From the NCBI GenBank assembly GCA_036867785.1, contig CP145409.1, forward strand, positions 1 through 64,000: a DNA stretch of 64,000 bases, written 5' to 3'. The position numbers and the translations under genes are program-made. The notes under the pieces were generated by a model. The model was not told the origin of the DNA. It worked only from the letters and a program-made list of their open reading frames with translations, and searched no databases. The DNA comes from Plasmodiophora brassicae (taxonomy: Eukaryota). Below, piece after piece: positions 60,212-64,000 of the stretch. Each line of letters starts with the position of its first letter. The stretch's first letter is position 1.

Positions 60212-61210
60212 ATGTCGGCTGCCGGCACGCCAACGTCGCCGGCAGTGTCCGAGTTGACCATTGCCGCGCTGGATGACGGGTTCCCAATCAAGGCGACGCT
60301 GTTCGCGCCGTCGCCTAGTGGTGCTGCTGGTCCCGCCGTCCTCGTCAGCGCGGCGACTGGCGTTCCGCGAACCTTCTACGCCGCGTTTGCCCAGTATCTC
60401 GCCGAACGGCATGGATGCGCAGTGCTGACCTATGATTACCGCGGTCTTGGCGACTCGTTGCCCGCTGCCGTCGGGACCCAGCACCCGCTGTCGCGTTTGC
60501 AACACATTCACATCCACAAAGAGTGGGCGCAGAACGACCAGGCCGCCGCCGTCAAGCACCTGCACGAGTCGTTCCCCGGCAGACCGGTCGTTCTTGTCGG
60601 TCAGAGCGTCGGATGTCATATCGCCCCACTGAACCCGCTGCGCCACCTGGTGTCCAGATACGTCTTCATCAGCGCCAACAATGCCTACTGGGGCTATAGC
60701 ACGTCGCGGCTGCTCACGTACTCGTTTCCCTGGCTGGTCGAAACGACGTCGGTTGTTGTGGCGCCTTGGCGCCCCGCTGATCGCTATTTCCCGGCCCGCA
60801 GGTTCGGGTTATGCGACGATCTTCCACTTGGCATTGCACGCGACTGGGCCAAATGGACCAGGTATCCAGAGTATTGCACTGTGGAACCCGACGTCAAGGA
60901 GCTGTATGCGCGGTTCGATCCTGGGCAGGGTAATGCCATCGCGATCGGGTTCACCGATGACGACTTTTGTGCGGGGAGGGTCGCGTTCGATTCCTGGTTG
61001 CGATTGGTGCCGCGTATGCAGGCGCCGCTGATATATCTGCATCCGCAGCAGGTCGGTCTGAAGGACGTGGGGCACATGGGCTTCTTCAAGAAGTGCTGCC
61101 AGGAAGGAGCATGGGAACCCGTTGCCCAATTTATTGTAGCGGGCGTTGAACCTCGGTTCAGTTCCGTACCTGCAGGGCAGCCATCAGAGAAAGCCAGAGC
61201 GAAATTGTAA
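60212..61210 (+). CDS. Intronless alpha/beta hydrolase of bacterial type (COG4757-like)
   Basis: AATGVPRTFYAAFAQYLA..VLTYDYRGLGDS, GQSVG nucleophile elbow, DLPLGIARDWAKW, FTDD, VGHMGFF. Confidence 0.85.
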   Translation: MSAAGTPTSPAVSELTIAALDDGFPIKATLFAPSPSGAAGPAVLVSAATGVPRTFYAAFAQYLAERHGCAVLTYDYRGLGDSLPAAVGTQHPLSRLQHIHIHKEWAQNDQAAAVKHLHESFPGRPVVLVGQSVGCHIAPLNPLRHLVSRYVFISANNAYWGYSTSRLLTYSFPWLVETTSVVVAPWRPADRYFPARRFGLCDDLPLGIARDWAKWTRYPEYCTVEPDVKELYARFDPGQGNAIAIGFTDDDFCAGRVAFDSWLRLVPRMQAPLIYLHPQQVGLKDVGHMGFFKKCCQEGAWEPVAQFIVAGVEPRFSSVPAGQPSEKARAKL

Positions 61211-61619
61211 CCCAACTACCGACTTGTACGTTCGCAGGCTGATCATGGTTGAGCGAGTGTTACTATACTATTGTTGGCGTTGCACACTGTTAGCATGTCA
61301 CGTAAATCGTTGCTCCCATCTACCGGGTTCCGGCAGCACGAACCTCCACATCCCTCGGCAAGGCAACCACCGCAGACTGGCCCATGTCGGCGCGGAAGTA
61401 GCACGACAGTTTCCAATGCCGTTAGGCATTCGGCCTCGAAATCGTGAACGTCGCGCCACGGCTCGAACAAGTTCTAACGGGCCGTGCTGTACAGCGGTAT
61501 TTGTAACGGAAACCTGTACAGATATATTCCACCAAAGCGACGCGCTGGAACTCGACTGGCTCACGCTGCGTGTTGCAACGTCAGGCGTAGAGCCGTCAGC
61601 CGGCACGCACCCGCGCAGA

Positions 61620-61692
61620 GCTCCTGTGGCCCAATGGTTAAGGCGCGTGCCTACGGAGCACGAGATTCAGGGTTCGACTCCCTGCAGGGGCT
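61620..61692 (+). tRNA. tRNA-Arg(ACG)
   Basis: Acceptor stem GCTCCTG/CAGGGGC, anticodon arm CGTGC-CTACGGA-GCACG, GGTTCGACTCC B box, downstream TTTTT. Confidence 0.93.
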
Positions 61693-61782
61693 GCACCTGC
61701 ATTTTTGCCCGCGAACCGGACACGAGGCCCTGCGAGACGAAAGCGCACCGGGGACTGGGGGTCGCAAACATGTCTTTTGCAG

Positions 61783-62836
61783 TTGCAGTGCAGAAACCGA
61801 GTTGCTTTGACCTCGCAGGCGTCTCCAGCATGTCTCGTTCCAAGTCCACGTCTGGATTCCTGAGGAGCTTCGCCATCATTGTGGATTGGAGTGTTCGTTA
61901 CTCAGTCTTGGCGTCATCAGTGCGACTGCGCTGGAGCAGGTTATCGAGGAACGTCGCACCCGTCTACACGTCCTGCCTCGACCTGCACGTTAATTACTGA
62001 TAAGCACGACGTTCACTGCGCAGGTTTGAGCCTGCCACAACGGTCAGCGACTTGCGCCTCGCGGAAGGATCGTTGGTATAACTTCGCGCTACGCTTCCAA
62101 ATGGACGGCGCGTCCTCGGTGCAGGCACGGGTTTGTCAAGAATGGAGGTAATGGTAAAATCGGTCCGATAAAGAGCCTCGGACGATCGCGGCACAGCTGG
62201 GGGGTGTCCCGACTTATTCACATGTGGTTTCCAAGTTCCTGACAACACCAAGATCAATATGTACTCGAGGTCAGCGACCATGTTAGATGGACGGACAGGA
62301 GCGGGGAGAGAAGCAACGCCCCGGAGGGTGTTCTTTGGCTAGAAATGCACCTGCGGTCAATGCAGAGATCGAAAAGCGAAATGATGACACAAACCTTGGA
62401 GGCGGGAAGCTGAGTCTTATTCCGACATGATCTCTTCCGAGGCCTTTTAGGTTTTACCATTACCTCCATTCTTGACAGCACCCGTGCCTGCACCGTACCG
62501 AGGACGTCCCATCCATTTGGAAGCATAGCGCGAATACCAACTATCCTTCTGCGAGGCGCAAGTCGCAGACCGTTGTGGCAGGCTCAAACCTGCGATACTG
62601 AACGTCGTGCTTCTCGGTATCATGCAGATCTACAGGAGGTAGAACGTGTAGACGGGTGCGACATTCCTCGGTCACCTGCTAGCTCCAGCGTAGTCGCACT
62701 GGTGACGTCAAGACTGAGTAGCGAACAATTCACTCCACAATGTTGGCGAAGCTCTTCAGGAACACAGACGTGGAATTGGAACGAGATACGCTGGAGACGC
62801 CTGCGAGGTCAAAGCAACTCGGTTTCTGCGCTGCAA
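61783..62836. repeat. Long imperfect inverted repeat: arms about 61783-62182 and 62436-62836, ~250-bp spacer
   Basis: gcagaaaccgagttgctttgacctcgcaggcgtctccagc and tgtcaagaatggaggtaatggtaaaa, among others, recur as reverse complements. Confidence 0.9.
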
Positions 62837-63172
62837 ATATAAATTGTTGAACAACAGTACTATCGAGGCGTTCCCGCGAGAAGGAACACGACCAATACTT
62901 ATTCTTCATACAGCGATAGGAGAGAAAACCCACCCCCGGCGATTGCGACGATCATATACGTCGCGACAGACGCCGCCATACCGCTCCACCTACGGCCGCC
63001 ACAGAATCAATTCGACTCGCTTGCCCATGAGGGGTCCGACTCCGTGAACCCCCAAAAATCGGGCGACGAATCGGTCAAACGACAGTCCGAACGACCCCCG
63101 GGGGTGAATCACACACACAGCCCATCTCGCAGACAGACGATGGTACGCGGCATGCAGGTCAATTGATACAGT

Positions 63173-64000
63173 TTAGAACGCATTTGATGATGACGTTACG
63201 CTGGCACTTCCAGTTGCGTTGCCTTCCGAGTTCGACGAATCGTCTTCGCCTAAATGGTCTTCGTCTGCCCGCTGCTCATAGCCCTGTTTTCTCAGGGCAC
63301 GATCGGCACGTTGCGCGTCCTCCAGCTCGACCTTCTTTGTCTGTGCCAGGTCGAAGTTGCCCTCGGCGAGTGCGACCAAGTCAGCCCTAAACCTGGAGTC
63401 CGACGGCAGCGGGTCCGCTACCGCCTGCGCAAAGACGTTGCTTTTGACGCGCGCATCGTACAGGACCGTGCCGTTGCTCTTGACCTCGTTCAGCCACGAT
63501 CCTTCTACCTGGGCGACCCTCGATCCCTTTCTCATAATGTCGCCTCGGAATATGTCTGAAGGCGACGAGCTCGATACGAAGAAGCTCCTGTAGACGAATG
63601 TTCAGCCACGGTGACGACCGACCACAAAGGCGCATTTCGACATTACTTTAGGTAACTAACGCCATCGGGGTTGAACACGATTTTGCAGTCCAGCTCGTTC
63701 CTCCTGTCTGCGACCTGCATTTCTCCTAGGTACTCTGAAATGCGATCGCCGTACCTATCCGATATCAGTCAGCATGGCGCTTCAAAGACACGCATGTCAG
63801 TTGCTTACAGAATCCCACTTAGCCACAAATAAGGAAGAGTGTAGGACACGCGGGAGCCATCTTGAAATTCAACAACGTTCGGCCCGCTTTGCGATCTGCG
63901 AAGCCAATGAGTCGACAGCCACGGCCGAACCGATGCGAACTACGTTACCCTTTCAGACAGTTCCCCCGCCACGCTGCCGCGAATGTCGCATACCCATACA
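63173..64000 (-). CDS. Oxysterol-binding protein family, C-terminal part (5' end beyond the window)
   Basis: VEGSWL..PLPSDSRFRADLVALAEGNFDLAQTKKVELEDAQRADRALRK. Confidence 0.88.

Noticed and set aside
62445-62456. TTTTAGGTTTTA telomere-like word in the inverted repeat arm
   Set aside because: Imperfect, short and not conserved in the other arm.

Overview
Left end of a chromosome from a compact, GC-rich eukaryote with short (about 50-70 nt) introns and (CCCTAAAA)n/TTTTAGGG telomeres. It is most consistent with a plasmodiophorid such as Plasmodiophora; this is inferred, not shown. The telomere (1-256) is fused directly to a 5'-truncated APE-RT non-LTR retrotransposon whose 3' end abuts 1.5 telomere repeats. 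An accessory subtelomeric block follows (about 3.7-13.7 kb): a spliced ~1760-aa orphan gene, a USP-like protease and a decayed copy of the same LINE. From 14.3 kb the window is dense housekeeping sequence: AP2 mu, RING-TRAF-MATH, DEAH helicase, PTH2, RyR-repeat protein, CFAP144, cNMP-binding proteins, STE20 kinase, Med18, BET3, ANK-DCD protein, COPE, PRCP, D2HGDH and OSBP. It also holds two tRNAs, three Pro/Thr-rich surface proteins, a 208-bp retroposed insertion with a 15-bp TSD, a bacterial-like hydrolase and a ~400-bp-arm inverted repeat. Gene models were spliced by eye and family calls come from remembered motifs, not database searches.
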